From Octopus sinensis (lineage: Eukaryota), in assembly GCF_006345805.1 (NCBI RefSeq), contig NC_043000.1:113894001-113958000 (forward strand): a DNA stretch of 64,000 nucleotides, in the 5' to 3' direction. This document shows positions 1 to 13,405 of the stretch, one piece after another; within the stretch, counting starts at the first letter, position 1, and every line of letters begins with the position of its first letter. The notes under the pieces are model-generated. The model ran no database searches, was not told the origin of the DNA, and saw only the letters and a program-made list of their open reading frames with translations. The translations under genes and the position numbers were made by a program.

Positions 1-190
1 CAGAGTTTAGTGTCCAAGTAAGGAAAGGTACGCATAAGTGGGCTGGTTACATCCCTGGCATAGGCCACGAGGTTATGGTCTCATTTGGCTTGCTGAGTCT
101 TCTGAAGCACAGCATATTTCCAAAAGTCTTGGTCACTAGTCATTGCCTCGGTGAGGCCTAAAGTTCAAAGGTCGTGCTTCACCACTTCAT
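1..190 (-). mobile_element. RTE-clade LINE 3' fragment
   Basis: Reverse complement matches 43720-43900 (end of RTE ORF and 3' UTR). Confidence 0.8.
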
Positions 191-321
191 TCCAGAAAAC
201 ATACATTAATGTTGAGATTCCTTGTGGATTCTAATATTTGCAGAGTAAATACATGTGGCCACATTCTTCCTGGTTTGTAATGTTTCACATTCTCTATTAG
301 CATGATTTGTTACTATATGTA

Positions 322-600
322 TAGGCGCATGGTACTGGGTTCAGTCCCACTGTGTGGCACCTTGGGCAAATGTCTTCTATTATAGCCTCAGGCCAACCAA
401 AGCCTTGTGAGTAGATTTGGTAGACGGAATTCTAAATGAAGCCTGTCGTATACACATATATGTGTGTGTGTGTGTGTGTTTCTGTGTTTGTGCCCCCAAC
501 ATTGCTTGACAACCGATGTTGGTGTGTTTATGTCCCTTTTACTTAGCAGTTTGGCAAAAGAGACCGATAGAATAAGTACTAGGCTTACAAAGAATAAGTC
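322..600 (+). mobile_element. SINE family A (tRNA head, CORE-like body), partial
   Basis: gggttcagtcccactg..tggcaccttgggcaa..gaccaaagccttgtgagt..gatagaataagtactaggcttacaaag, shared with about 20 copies in the window. Confidence 0.8.
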
Positions 601-1446
601 CCAGAGTGTACTGGTTGCTTTTTGCATATTGCCAGCACAGGTGCCTTTAACATGTGGCACTGGTATGGGTGCTTTTCATGTAGCACCAGTGCAGGTGCAT
701 TTTTACATGATGCCGGCACAGATGCCGTTCATGTGGTACTGGCACAGGTGCGTTTCACTTGACACCAACACAGGACCTTTGTACATGGTACTGGCACGGG
801 TGCTTTACATGTGGTGCCTGCACAGATGAGTGTACATGTTTGTGTGTGTGTATATGTGTGAATGCATTCTTTAGTTTATTAGTTTATATGTACATATTAT
901 ATGTACATATTAATTTATATGTGCATATGTACCACTGTTGCTTTACATTCCTCTCTGAAACATTTTCTATTTCTTTAGATCTTGTTTTTCTCCTTTGTGT
1001 TTTGAAATAGTCTTCAGGGACAGATTTTCATTTAAATTCATTTCATACCATTTTTCAAAGAGAACCATTCCATATAAAATCGATTCTTCTCTCTTTCTGC
1101 CATTCTCAGTTCCAGTCTTCAACACTATATTAATGTCGGCTCTATGTTTTCTTCAAACATCTATTTACAGAATTTTAATTTAAATGCCAGCCAAAACATT
1201 ACGAGCCTCTATGTGGTTGCTCAACCTGCTAGAAATAGTTAGCAATATCTATCTCAAGTCACACACTACACTTTTTAAAAAAGGAAGCAAGGATTATGTT
1301 GTTGTAGTTATATAAAAAAAAAGACAGGATGGTCATTGATGGAGGCCCTGTGATTGTAGGTCTGCTTCATTTCGTCTGGGGTTAAATGATAACGATAACA
1401 ACCACATTGACCTCGCTTCTCTTGGAAGTTGAAAGGGTTATAGACA

Positions 1447-1604
1447 TTAGGCACAGGAGTGGCTGTGTGGTAAATAGCTTGTTTACCAACCACATGGTTC
1501 CGGGTTCAGTCCCACTGCGTGGCACCTTGGGCGACCAAAGGCTTGTGATTGGATTTGGTAGACGGAAACTGGAAAAAGCCCATCGTATATATATATATTT
1601 GTGA

Positions 1605-1637
<33 letters not shown>

Positions 1638-1850
1638 CATGCTTGTGTGTTGGTGCTTGTCCCCCACCCCTACTATCGCTTGACAACCGATGCTGGTGTG
1701 TTTACATCCATGTAACTAAGTGGTTCAGCAAAAGAGACCGATAGAATAAGAACTAGGCTTACAAAGAATAATTCCTGGGGTCGATTTGTTCGACTAAAAG
1801 TCAGTACTCCAGCATGGTCGCAGTCAATGACTGAAACAAATAAAAGGGTA
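1447..1850 (+). mobile_element. SINE family A, near full length
   Basis: A-box-like ggctgtgtggtaa, B-box-like gggttcagtccc, internal TA/TG tract, 3' gtactccagcatggtcgcagtcaatgactgaaac. Confidence 0.85.
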
Positions 1851-2162
1851 AAAATTAAAATATATATATATATATTATATATATATATATATATATAATA
1901 TATATATATACAGTACTGTTTCTACTTTGCTGTGGATTTTCTCCTTTTGCGGTGGGGAGGGAGTTTGGAACGTAACCCCTGCTATATTTGAAAGATTACC
2001 ATATTCTTATAACATGCAGAGGTGAGTTGTGTATGCATGTACATGCACGCATGCATACACCAACACACACCAACACCAACACACATACACACACACAGCA
2101 TTATCTGTTAATCAGTAAACGTATCTGAAGAACAAAATCCTTTATTTAGGAGGTTCTTCATT

Positions 2163-2710
2163 TTACAAAAGAAAACAAAAAAACAATGCAGCTTGGTGAA
2201 AATCCAAACTTATGAATGCAGAGTTCAGTTCATGTGCAGTCGGTGTTTGCATATATGTACTACACACACATGCATACATACATGTACATATATGTGTGTG
2301 TGGTGTGTGTGTGTGAATGTATGTGTGTATGCATATGTGTGTGCATATGTATGTATGTATGCGTGTATGCATGTATGTGTGTATATATGAATGTATGTGT
2401 GAACATGTATATGTATGCATGTATGTATGTATGCGTATATGTATGTATGTGTGTATGTATGTATGCATGTATGTATGTATGCATGTATGTATGCATGTAT
2501 GTATGTATGTATGTATGTATGTTTGCGTGTATGCATGTATGTATGTGTGCATGCATGTATATATGTATGCGTGTATGTATGTTTGTATGCATGTATGCAT
2601 GTATGTATGTTTGCATGTATGTATGTATCTGTGTGTGCATGTATCTATGTACCTGTATATTACATGTATGAACATATGTATGTATGCTGTTTGTATGTAT
2701 GTATGTGTGT
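2163..2710. repeat. (TATG)n/(TG)n compound microsatellite
   Basis: Direct reading of the sequence; source of several spurious ORFs. Confidence 0.95.
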
Positions 2711-2973
2711 ATCATTCTTATCACTGAAAAATGGTGAAAGAATCACTTTTCCAATTGGCTTTGAAGTAAATTTTAAAAAATCCAAAAACTACATTGGACT
2801 TGAAAGAGATCCAACTTCCTAATTATTCCAGTAACAACCAGGCGGGAGTAGACTGGTGGAATTGGTACAGTGTTGCAAAAAATCACCCGGTCTTTATGTT
2901 TCATGTTCAAATTCAGCATTGGTCAAATTGAACTTTTATGCTATTGGGGTCAATAAAATGAAACCACGGGTAT

Positions 2974-3170
2974 CTACAAGAATTGACATAATGGATTATT
3001 TTCCTTTCTGCTAACTTCAGGCATTGCGTCTATATTAAGACCAATTCTTAGACCAACTGTGTGTTGGGTTAGTGATGCGGTTACTTCAATGGATGTAAAC
3101 AATGGGTCTGTAGTATCATTATTAGGAAAGATGTTGACAATGTCAGCATCACTTGATGCCACAGAAGCAC
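2974..3170 (-). pseudogene. Degenerate Penelope-like reverse transcriptase fragment
   Basis: SSDADIVNIFPNND...LRIGLN...ENNPLCQF resembles the PLE RT motif VS.DIVN.FPNID...L.I.L.NN..F. Confidence 0.4.
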
Positions 3171-3619
3171 ATCATACGTGTATGTATGGATAATATTTTA
3201 GGGTTTCATCTATCTTATATGTTATTTATATTTCAGTGTATAGCATCTCGTTTTCTCCCCATCCCTCCCCACCTCTCTCTCTCAACATATATATATATAT
3301 TATGTATATATATATATAGATAGATAGATATAGATATACACACATATATATATGTATGTGCCGGTGGCATGTAAAAAGCACCCACTACAATCTCAGAGTA
3401 GTTGGCATTAGGAAGGGCATCCAGCTGTAGAAACATTGCCAGATCAGATTGGAAGCCTGGTGCAGCTACTGGCTCTCCAGACCTCAGTCAAACTGTCCAG
3501 CCCATGCCAGCATGTAAAACAGACATTGAACAATGATGATTATGATTATATATATATATATATATATATAAATATACATACATACACACACACATACACA
3601 CACACACACACACACACAT

Positions 3620-3855
3620 ACAGTGGTGGACTGGCCAGGTTGCTAGCTTGACCAATGGCAAGTGGAACCCTGTGCCATTAGAGTCCATGTATGGGGGCCC
3701 AGTTTAGTATCTAAGGAACCCATCCCCTCAAGTTTGAGAATTTTTTATTCATTCCTGGAAGAATGCATTAATTATTTCAGCTTGGCTGTGTTTGTAGACA
3801 GTTGAAAAGAATATTTTTAACAAAAAAAAATAATAATTAAATGATAGTATTGGAG
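3620..3855 (+). mobile_element. DNA-transposon-like repeat starting CAGTGGTGGACTGGCC; second copy at 8229-8450
   Basis: Two similar copies of about 230 bp, both starting at a CAGTGG terminus. No right TIR found. Confidence 0.6.
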
Positions 3856-4309
3856 CTCCAATGCTCCTGTGTACCAAATCCATTCACAAAGCTTTTGTTA
3901 ACCCCAGGCTATACTAGAAGACATTTGCCCACCCAAGGTGCCATAATAGAAGACACTTGTCCACCCAAGGTGCCATGTTGTGGCATTCACTTGGTTACAT
4001 CTGCCTCAACATTACTTGTCCAGTGTCTGGATATTGCAAGTCTGTGGAGTTAGGATGAAAACCTACTGTCACATGTGGGATGGATCCACCTGTCAACTGA
4101 GTCCATTGTGAAGATTGTCTTGCTACCTTCTTTTGGTGGGAAGCACAAGCAGTGTTCATCTGTCTGGTGGCCTTAGCCAAAAGGGTTGTGTGATTGACCA
4201 AATTAAAAGGCCTACAGACAGATCCTTTACTCTTTGGCCAATCCCTCATCAACTTTTTGGAGTTTCACCTGTAAAGGGAAATGAGGGTCCAGAGGGAAGT
4301 TCTGCCTCC

Positions 4310-4645
4310 CAGCTGGCACCTGTGCCAGTGGCACATAAAAAGCACCATTCAAATGTGGTTGATGCTTGTGCTGTCTGACTGGCTCCTGTGCCAGTGGCGC
4401 ATAAAAAGCACCGTTTGAGCATGGTCATTGCCAGTGCCACCTGACCGGCCCTCATGCCGGTGGCACATAAAAAGCACCCGCTACACTCTCAGAGTGGTTG
4501 ATGTTAAGAAGAGCATCCAGCTGTAGAAACTTTGCTAGATTGGATTGGCGCCTGGTGCAGCCTTCTGGCTTGCTAGCCCTCAGTCAAACCATCCAACCCA
4601 TGCCAGCATGGAAAGCAGATGTTAAACGATGACGATGATGATGAC
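4310..4645 (+). mobile_element. RTE 3' UTR/tail fragment with (ATG)n tail; other copies at 3355-3545, 6075-6400, 11360-11680, 12430-12800, 13405-13515, 16385-16790, 20330-20515, 24870-25090, 30870-31300, 49020-49610, 59600-59880
   Basis: gtggcacataaaaagcacc units followed by gttaggaagggcatccagctgtagaaac...cgttaaacgatgatgat. The same units follow the RTE ORF at 43300-44200. Confidence 0.8.
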
Positions 4646-4974
4646 GAGAGTGGAAATCATGGTTTGAGTAAATGGATCTACTGTGAGCAGAATGCCCTTT
4701 CTTTGGTGCTCAGGGTAACTATAGTTTTGTGGGGTTTTCCACAATTACACGTTGTTGAGATTTATTGTTCCCATTGTTCTTTTTACATATTCCTTCTTGT
4801 AGTCCCACATTGTACCATTTCCAGTGTTTTTGCGAACCCTTCTCAAAGAGGGGGGAATTGGTGTTTAAGGAGATCTTGGATGGTGTGTGTGTATGTGTGT
4901 GTGGAGGGTTTCTTCGATTATCCCTAGGGTGGTCCTCCGATACAGGTAGCCTGCATCACTATCTTTTATTCTTC

Positions 4975-5214
4975 TATTCTTTTATTTGTTTCTGTCAATT
5001 GACGGCAGCCATGCTGGAGCACTGCCTTTAGTCGAACGAATCGACCCCAGGATTTATTCTTTGTAAACCTAGTACTTATTCTATCAGCCTCTTTGCTGAA
5101 CCGCTAAGGTACGGGGATGTAAACACACCAGCATTGGTTGCCAAGCAATGATGGGGGCGGGGGGCAAACACAGGCACACAAAGACACACACACACACATA
5201 TACACACACATACA

Positions 5215-5274
<60 letters not shown>

Positions 5275-5320
5275 ATGGGCTTCTTTCAGTTTCCATCTAC
5301 CAAATCCACTCACAAAGATT
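4975..5320 (-). mobile_element. SINE family A, 5'-truncated
   Basis: Reverse complement of the family A body and tail. Confidence 0.8.
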
Positions 5321-5383
5321 TGGTCTGTCCAAAGCTGGTGGCAGATAAAAGAAATCATCATCACCATCATCATCATCACCACC

Positions 5384-5415
<32 letters not shown>

Positions 5416-5802
5416 TAAGGTGACAAGCTAACGAAATGCTTAGTGGCATTTCATCCGTTTTTTACATTCTGAGTTTAAATTGCGTTGAAATTAACTTTGT
5501 CTTTCATCCTTTTGGATCAGTAAAATAAGTCCCAGTCGGGTACTGGGGTTGATGTAAATGACCAGCACCCTCCAACCTCAGAGTTTAAGGACTTGTGCCT
5601 ATAGTGTAATGGACTATTGTTGTTGTTGTTGTCGCTGCTGTTCTTGTCGGCGGTGTGTTGCTGTGTCTATTTCTGTTCTATCTTCCACCATTTTCAAAGT
5701 CCTGCTATGATTTCATACGGACTGTCAACAACTACAGCAGCACCAAAGCTATGCTAATAGTAGCAGTAGCAGCAACAGCAGCAGTAATAGAAGAAGAAGA
5801 AA

Positions 5803-5865
<63 letters not shown>

Positions 5866-6619
5866 CAGCGGATGTTCTGTAGTAGTTTTGTTCTAAGCTG
5901 AGTTTGGTAGAGGAAATGATGGTCTTGGAGAATAAAGTACCAAAGAACAAGGCAGACCACACACACACACACACACAATGTGTACACATATATATGTATA
6001 TATAAATGTAGATACATATATGTATATACATATGTGTGTATGTCATATATATATATATATATAATATACATATATATCATCATCATCATCATCGTTTAAC
6101 GTCTGTTTTCCATGCTGGTATGAGTTGGACGGTTCAACCGGGGTCTGGGGAGCCAGGAGGCTGCACCAGACTCCAGTCTGATCTGGCAATGTTTCTACAG
6201 CTGGATGCCTTTCCTAATGCCAACCACTCTGAGATTGTAGTGGGTGCTTTTTACATTCGACTGGCACAGGGACAAATTTGGGTGGCATTGACCACGATCA
6301 GATGGTACTTTTACATGCCACTGGCATGAAAGTTAGTTACGGCTGTGCTTGCATCGACCCCATTTGGATGGTGTTTTTTACATACTACCGGCACAGGAAC
6401 CACAACTACAATTTCCATTTGATTGTGATTTGATTTCATTTTGATGTTGATGTACTTGACTCAGTAGGTCTCCTCAAGCATGCCATGTCACCCTACAATC
6501 CAAGGGTACCTTTTGAGTTGGTTGGTTATGCAACACTGGTGGAGGTTACAGCTGTGATCTCACTTTATTTGCTGGGTCTTCTCAGTCACAGCATATCTAT
6601 CTATCTATCTATCTATCTC

Positions 6620-6684
<65 letters not shown>

Positions 6685-6885
6685 CAATAATAATTCTCTC
6701 CCTGATATAAACTGCAGTTTCTGCGGGATTACTTGTAATGCACATGGGTGATTGGGAGAAGGTGCGAGCCCTAACTCATCTGTATGAATTTGGAAGTACC
6801 AGTTTTGGGATATTAAATTTGCTCAATGGCGCTTGGTCAAATGAATATCTTGATTACTAGTGCTATCAAATTTATATTTGAAATA

Positions 6886-6952
6886 CTATACTGATGACGG
6901 AAATAAGGCATGAGTAATTTTACATATCTTTAATCCAGAAACGCGTATATAG
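6886..6952 (+). ncRNA. Minimal type I hammerhead ribozyme motif (PLE-type)
   Basis: ctata-CTGATGA-c-gga[loop]tcc-a-GAAACGCGTA-tatag: stem I ctata/tatag, palindromic stem III ACGCGT, GUA cleavage triplet. Confidence 0.7.
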
Positions 6953-7195
6953 TTAATCAAAGCCGGATGGATTCGTTATTTTTTTCTCTTTGCCTATGTG
7001 AGTTGAGATTATTGCTGTCTGGGAGATATCTTATGGTAGTAGAATAGTATTTAAGTGCTATTTCTAAATTTCGGTATGTGGTGAAGCAATTTTGCTAAAC
7101 CCTAATTATAATTATGTTTATAATTTAAAAAATTTTTGTATGGGTATGTAAACAACAAACAGATGTATTAGTTTAATGCTCGGGAAGTGAGAAAG

Positions 7196-7233
7196 TCTTT
7201 TACGTTTTGAGCCTGTGCTCTTTGACAGGAAGG
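7196..7233 (-). ncRNA. Decayed hammerhead-like motif
   Basis: Reverse strand CTGTCAA-a-GAGC-acag-GCTC-AAAACGTA-aaaga; stem II and the ACGT palindrome are intact, but three core positions deviate. Confidence 0.35.
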
Positions 7234-8807
7234 AATGCAGAAATACACAAAGAGAGAAAGTCAAAAAGGTTTAGTGTCTAGCGATCTATCATGGCGAATG
7301 CCAGACAGAGGGGTCACACAGGAGAGCTAGGAAGAAGGGGAGATAATAAAGTAGTGGTGATCCCAAAATGAAGGTGTGCATGCATGTGTAGGTGTGTGGA
7401 TGATGGTGTAGGTGCTGGGAAGTGGTCAGTGCTAGTGTGTGCAAGATGGTGTGATGTGGTGTGGTGTGGTATGGTGGTGGTGTGTGGTGTGGTATGGTGG
7501 TGTGGGGGTGTGGGGGAAGCAAAGGTGGGGTCACATGCCTTCAACATATATATAGTTCAGAAACACCACACCACCTCACATTTCCCACAAGGACAATGCT
7601 GTACACACCTGAAGAACTATAGAAGTGCTGTGGAAATTGACATTGTTTAAACTATAATAGTTAATCTTAACAATTTCCTTTGTAGGTGCAAAATCACATG
7701 ATAGCCACTCCCCAACTACCCACACAGCACATACTCTCACATAGTCAATAACATACCTTACATGCTCCCACCTACAACATACACAATAGGGGCTGATAGA
7801 GTTTGTATATGGTTGCTCAATTTGCTAGAAATAGCAACCAAATCTCCCTCAAATCACATCACACTGTCTTAACTCATTCATCACTACATTTCTGTGTGTT
7901 TTAGTTTTAAAAATTATTAAGAATTTGAGGAGATAAAGTACACATAATTGATTTTGTCTTAATTAATTCTATGATGGGTGTTTCTTATTTGAAATTATAG
8001 TCAGGCATTTTTAAATGTGGATTTTGTACCATGGCAACAGGGGTGGTTTTAGTTAGTATTAAAAGAATTTAAATAGGGAAAAGAAACATGATGGAAAAGG
8101 TGGCCCACAGCTCCCTTCACATACATAAAAGAAGGGGCAATAAGGGTTGGAATCTCTATGTTCATAAATCTGCTGGGTTAGAGGACGAAGGCCAGACTAC
8201 AACAACAATCACAACCTAACATTGCAACCAGTGGTGGACTGGCCAGGTTGCCAGCAAGTGGGCCTCTACGCCATTAGAGTCCATATATGGGGGCTCTTGT
8301 AAGTAACTAAGGGGCCCACCCCCTCAAGTTTGAGAATTTTTTATTCACTCCTGGAAGTATGCTTTATTTCAGCCTGGCTGTGTTTGTAGACAGCTGAAAA
8401 GAATACTTTTAACAAAAAAAAAAAATACAATTAAATGATAGCATTGTAGTTGCGGGTGGGCCTCTTTGTAGTAGCAAAAAAAAAAAAAAATTAAAACAAC
8501 ACAAAAAAAATCTCAAAGCCAAGTAAAACAGCTATAGTGTATAGAGATATGATTGAATACTCATAAAAGACAATGCTGCACTCAGATGTGCAACAGATGG
8601 TGCAGGAGAAATTTACATGCAACTTGAAAAACATGACAACAATGATCTTGATGATGATGATGATTGGTGTAGTGAAGTCTGTCTTAACCTTTTAGCATTT
8701 AAGCTGATCATATCCAACCTAAATATTTTACCTGTTTTTGTTCAAACCAGCCAGATCCATCCTCTTTAATGTACCCTACAATGTCATTCTAAAAATAAAC
8801 TCAGCAA

Positions 8808-8965
8808 GTGTCCACCTAACAACTGTCCACCCAGCAAGTGTCCACCCAGCAACTATCCACCCAGCAAGTGTCCACCCAGCAACAGTCCACCCAGCACATG
8901 TTCACCCAGCAACTGTCCACCCAGCAACTGTCAACCCAGCAAGTGTCCAACCAGCAACTGTCCAC
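8808..8965 (+). repeat. 15-bp minisatellite (ccacccagcaagtgt), about 10 units
   Basis: Tandem units give the HPASV/HPATV pseudo-ORF. Confidence 0.9.
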
Positions 8966-9468
8966 TGCTGTATTGCAACACCAATTTGGTCATTATTCAA
9001 TGATAGCTGCAAAGATTAGATCAGGGGGTTCTCAACCATTTCTTTATTTTTTGACCCCTTTGATTCACATTTTACTCTACTGGACCCTAATATCCAATGC
9101 TTTAGAAAGTCCCAGGTGTGGCCGTATGGTAAGAAGCTTGCTTCTCAACCACATGGTTCTGGGTTCATTTCCACTGCATGGCACCTATAGCTATAAGCTG
9201 ACCAAAGCCTTGTGAGTGGATTTGTTAGACGGAAACTGAAAGAACCCTGTCATGTATGTGTGTGTGTGTGTGTGTTTGTCCTCCCATCACTACTGGACAA
9301 CCAGTATTGATGTGTTTACATCCCTGTAACTCAGCTATTTGATGATGATGATGATGATGATGATGATTCTTTTGGAAGCACAAGGCCTGAAATTTGGGGG
9401 TAGGGATTAAGTTGATTACATCGCATGCTAACAATTCTGCCAGTTCTCCACCTTTAATAATAGTGATT

Positions 9469-9499
<31 letters not shown>

Positions 9500-9702
9500 T
9501 AATTTTTGCCATAAGGGCAGCTGGGGGGAGGAGATTAAGTCGATTACATCAACCCCAGTGTTCAAATGGTACTTAATTCATCGACTCCAAAAGGATGAAA
9601 GCCAAAGTCAACCTCGACGAAATTCAGAGCATATTGACGTGCAAAATACCTCAAGGCATTTCGTTCAGCATGCTAACAACTCTTCCAGCTCAGTACCTTA
9701 AA

Positions 9703-9764
<62 letters not shown>

Positions 9765-9767
9765 TAA

Positions 9768-10285
9768 GATGTGACTGAGAGAGGAAATGTGTCGATTCTA
9801 TGGGACTTCCCCATGCAGACCGACAGGACTATAAAAGCTAATAAACCAGATATTATTATAAAAGATCAGACAAAAAGGATGTGTTTATTAAGAATTTGAC
9901 AAGATTAGTAAATATAAAAACCTGCTGAAAGAAATTGAAAAAATGTGGCATCTCAAGGCGACTACAGTACCAGTGATTGTAAGATCTCTAGCAATGATAA
10001 AAAAAGGTACTGAAACCTATTTGAAAATGATTCCAGGCTTACCATCCCTACAGGAAGTGCAAAAAATCGTATTAACTGCAACGGCTCATGTACTGAGAAG
10101 AGCACTATCGCTGTGAAAATAACATCCTTCCATGAATTTATTTATTTATTAATTTTTAAATACATATTTTATCTGTGAATTTGCACGTGTAATCTGGGAA
10201 TGCATACAATGCCCTTCTCTGCCCTAGGTGTATGGAAAACACTCGGCGAGAAACGGAAGAAAATTTGAAGAAAGAAGGAAAAAAC

Positions 10286-10286
<1 letters not shown>
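9768..10286 (+). mobile_element. R4/Dong-like non-LTR retrotransposon 3' end (restriction-like endonuclease region), flanked by (TAA)n
   Basis: ILWDFPMQTDRTIKANKPDIIIKD...KYKNLLKEIEKMWHLKATTVPVIV...VLRRALSL*, with an internal deletion. The 3' UTR matches 48420-48495 (- strand). Confidence 0.8.
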
Positions 10287-10333
<47 letters not shown>

Positions 10334-11273
10334 TTCTGCAACCAATCAGTTACGTTTATTAGTGAATAAAGCTGAGCTTTATTTCCCCTGAGGCTTAAAC
10401 CTAGCAAAGTACTTAGAGCTCAGACTACTTTATTAATAAACCGGTTCTTTCCACTATTTAACACCTGATCTGTTGGCTGACTAAACAGTCATAATTAATA
10501 AATGATCGCTAATTGACGAGCACCGGCTTCTTTTCATCTCCCCAATTAACGGCATTTTTTGTATGAATTAATTTTCTTCATATCATTGTGGTTTTCTTGC
10601 TTATTAATTGATTTTATTTTATGGTTGTTGTTGTTGTTGTTGTTTTTAGTTATTAGCAGAACTGGACAAAGCATTTTGGAGTGTTTAGTTACATCCATTT
10701 ACGTTCTGAGTTCAAATCCCTTTCAGGCGACCATTTGTCATTCATTATTTTTGAGGTCAATAAACTAAATCTCTGATTGAATTCTGGGATCGATGAAATC
10801 TGTTGTTATGCTTCTTCCCAAACAGTGGCCCTGTGCCAATATTATTATTATTATCATTATGTAGGTAATGAGCTAGCAGAATCATTTCTGTGCCAGGCTA
10901 AATGCCATGTGGCACTTCGTCCATCCTTGTGTGCTGAGTTCAAATTCCACTGAGGTTGACATTGTCATTCTTCCTTTCAGGGTTGATAAAATAAGTACCA
11001 GTTGAGCACTGGGGTTGATGTAATCAACTTAACCCCTAGCGCTTTGACAGAATTTGAAACCATTATTATTATTATTATTATTCTTTTCCAGTGTCCTATT
11101 TTGGTAGGTTCGCTTCTGTAATAACATTCCATTACATGTTCTATTGTCATTTTGAGTTCATTTTCTCCTAAACTTTGCAGCAGTATTTGGATAATGACCA
11201 GGTCCACCTGCTACCCAGTGCACACTTGCTGAGCGAGAGACCTTCACTCAGGCTTCAGTTCTCATCAATATAT

Positions 11274-11320
<47 letters not shown>

Positions 11321-12047
11321 ATGAGAATATATAACAAAGAATAACAAAGTGAACTCATCATCATCATCATCATCATCATCGTTTAGCATCCGCTTTCCAT
11401 GCTAGCATAGGTTGGACGGTTCAACTGGGGTCTGGGAAGCCAGAAGGCTGCACCAGGCCCAGTCTGATCTGGCAATGTTTCTTCGGCTGGATGCCCTTCC
11501 TAACGCCAACCACTCTCGTAAGTGTAGTGGGTGCTTTTACGTGCCAGACGAGGCTGGCAAACAGCCACGATCGGATGGTGCTTTTTACGTGCCACCGGCA
11601 CAGGGGCCAGGCTAAGCTGGCAACGGCCACGATCAGATGGTGCTTTTTACATGCCACCGGTACGAGGCCAGTCAATGATAAAAAATCTACAGATGAGGAA
11701 AGACATTCTACTACAATGTTCTTGATGATGAAATTAACCTCTCTGTCTATATATCTACCCTCTTTGTAATGTTGCCAAATGAAATATGTATAAAAATATA
11801 GTTTGTCCATTTAATTAAAAAATTCTATATGTGGCTGAAGATTGCTCGACATTTTAAAACTGATTTAATACTTACAGTGTTTAATAAAATGAAGTAGCAT
11901 GAAACAATTGTACTACACTACCTTGGATATCCTTGTTGCTTATTTTGATTATAATCACCCCATTTGATTTATATGGATAATACCATACCAAATTCTGGTG
12001 CCTTTAACTTTAGTACCATATTCATCTGAATCTAAATTTTGCTGAAC

Positions 12048-12089
<42 letters not shown>

Positions 12090-13011
12090 TGCAGTCGTGG
12101 CAGATACTGATGTCATGCAAATGGCACTCGTGCCAGTGGCATGTAAAAGCACCCATTATATTCTTGGAATGGTTGGCATCCAGCCACAGAAAACCATGCT
12201 AAAACACACTGGTCAAACAATCCAAACCATGCCAGCATAGACAACGGATATAAAATGATTATGATGATGATATATAGGCACAGGCGTGGATGCTTCCCAA
12301 CCTCATGATCCTGGGTTCAGTCCCACTGCATGACACCTTGGGCAAGTGTCTTCTACTGTAGCCTCAGGTTGACCAAAGCCTTGTGAGTGAATTTGGTAGA
12401 TGGGAACTGAAAGAAGCACATTCACCATCATCATTATTATCATTTAATGTCTGCTTTCTATGTTGGCATGGGCTGGATGGTTTGACTGAGGACTGGCAAG
12501 CCAGTTGGCTGCACCGGGCTCCAATCTGATATGGCAAGGTTTCTACAGCTGGATGCCCTTCCTAATGCCAACCACTCTGAGAGTGTAGTGAGTGCTTTTT
12601 ATGTGCCACTGGCACAGGGACCTGTCAGCGGGTACTGGCATTGGCCATATTCGAATGGTGCTTTTTTTGTGCCACCAGCATGGGGGGGTTGGGGCCAGTC
12701 AGGCTGTCCTGGCATTGATCATGTTCAGATAGTGCTTTTTACTTGCCACTGGCACAGAGGCCAGTCAGGGGATACTGGCATTGGCCACATTCGGATGGTT
12801 CTTATATGTATGTATGTATTTGTGTGTGTGCGTTTGTCCCCTCACCATTGCTTGACACCGATGCCAGTGTGTTTATGTCCCTGTAACTTAGCGGTTCAGC
12901 AAACAAGACTGATAGAATAAGTATTAGGCTTACAAAGAATAAGTCCTGGGGGTCGATTTGTTCAACTGAAGGTAGTGCTCCAGCATGGCTGCAGTCAAAT
13001 GACTGAAACAA

Positions 13012-13014
<3 letters not shown>

Positions 13015-13066
<52 letters not shown>

Positions 13067-13153
13067 ATATAGATATATATATATGTATATATATGTATAT
13101 ATATATATATGTATATATATGTATATATATATAGTATATATATATGTATATAG

Positions 13154-13184
<31 letters not shown>

Positions 13185-13405
13185 GTATATATATGTATAT
13201 ATATATATGTATATATATATTATATATATATATGTATATATATATGTAATATATATATGTATATATATGTATATATATATATGTATATATGTATGTATAT
13301 ATATGTATATATATATATGTATATATATATGTATATATATATGTATATATATATATGTATATATATATGTATATATATGTATATATATATATGTATATAT
13401 ATATA
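13015..13405. repeat. Long (TA)n/(TATG) microsatellite
   Basis: Direct reading of the sequence. Confidence 0.95.

Noticed and set aside
1913-2027. Strong donor-like GCAGAG|GTGAGT at 2022 as a possible upstream Dab exon
   Set aside because: No convincing acceptor or promoter, and the ATG-CAG-AG phase does not fit the Dab frame. It cannot be supported without transcript data.
2163-2822. Long ORFs such as MYVCMYVC.. and HTYIHT.. here and at 12930-13489, 14395-15583, 40579-41530, 51670-52230 and 54400-55003
   Set aside because: Translations of TA/TG/CTAT microsatellites; no splice or homology support.
8738-9019. HPASV/HPATV repeat protein
   Set aside because: 15-bp minisatellite; the ORF is an automatic result of the unit length, and no exon structure is evident.
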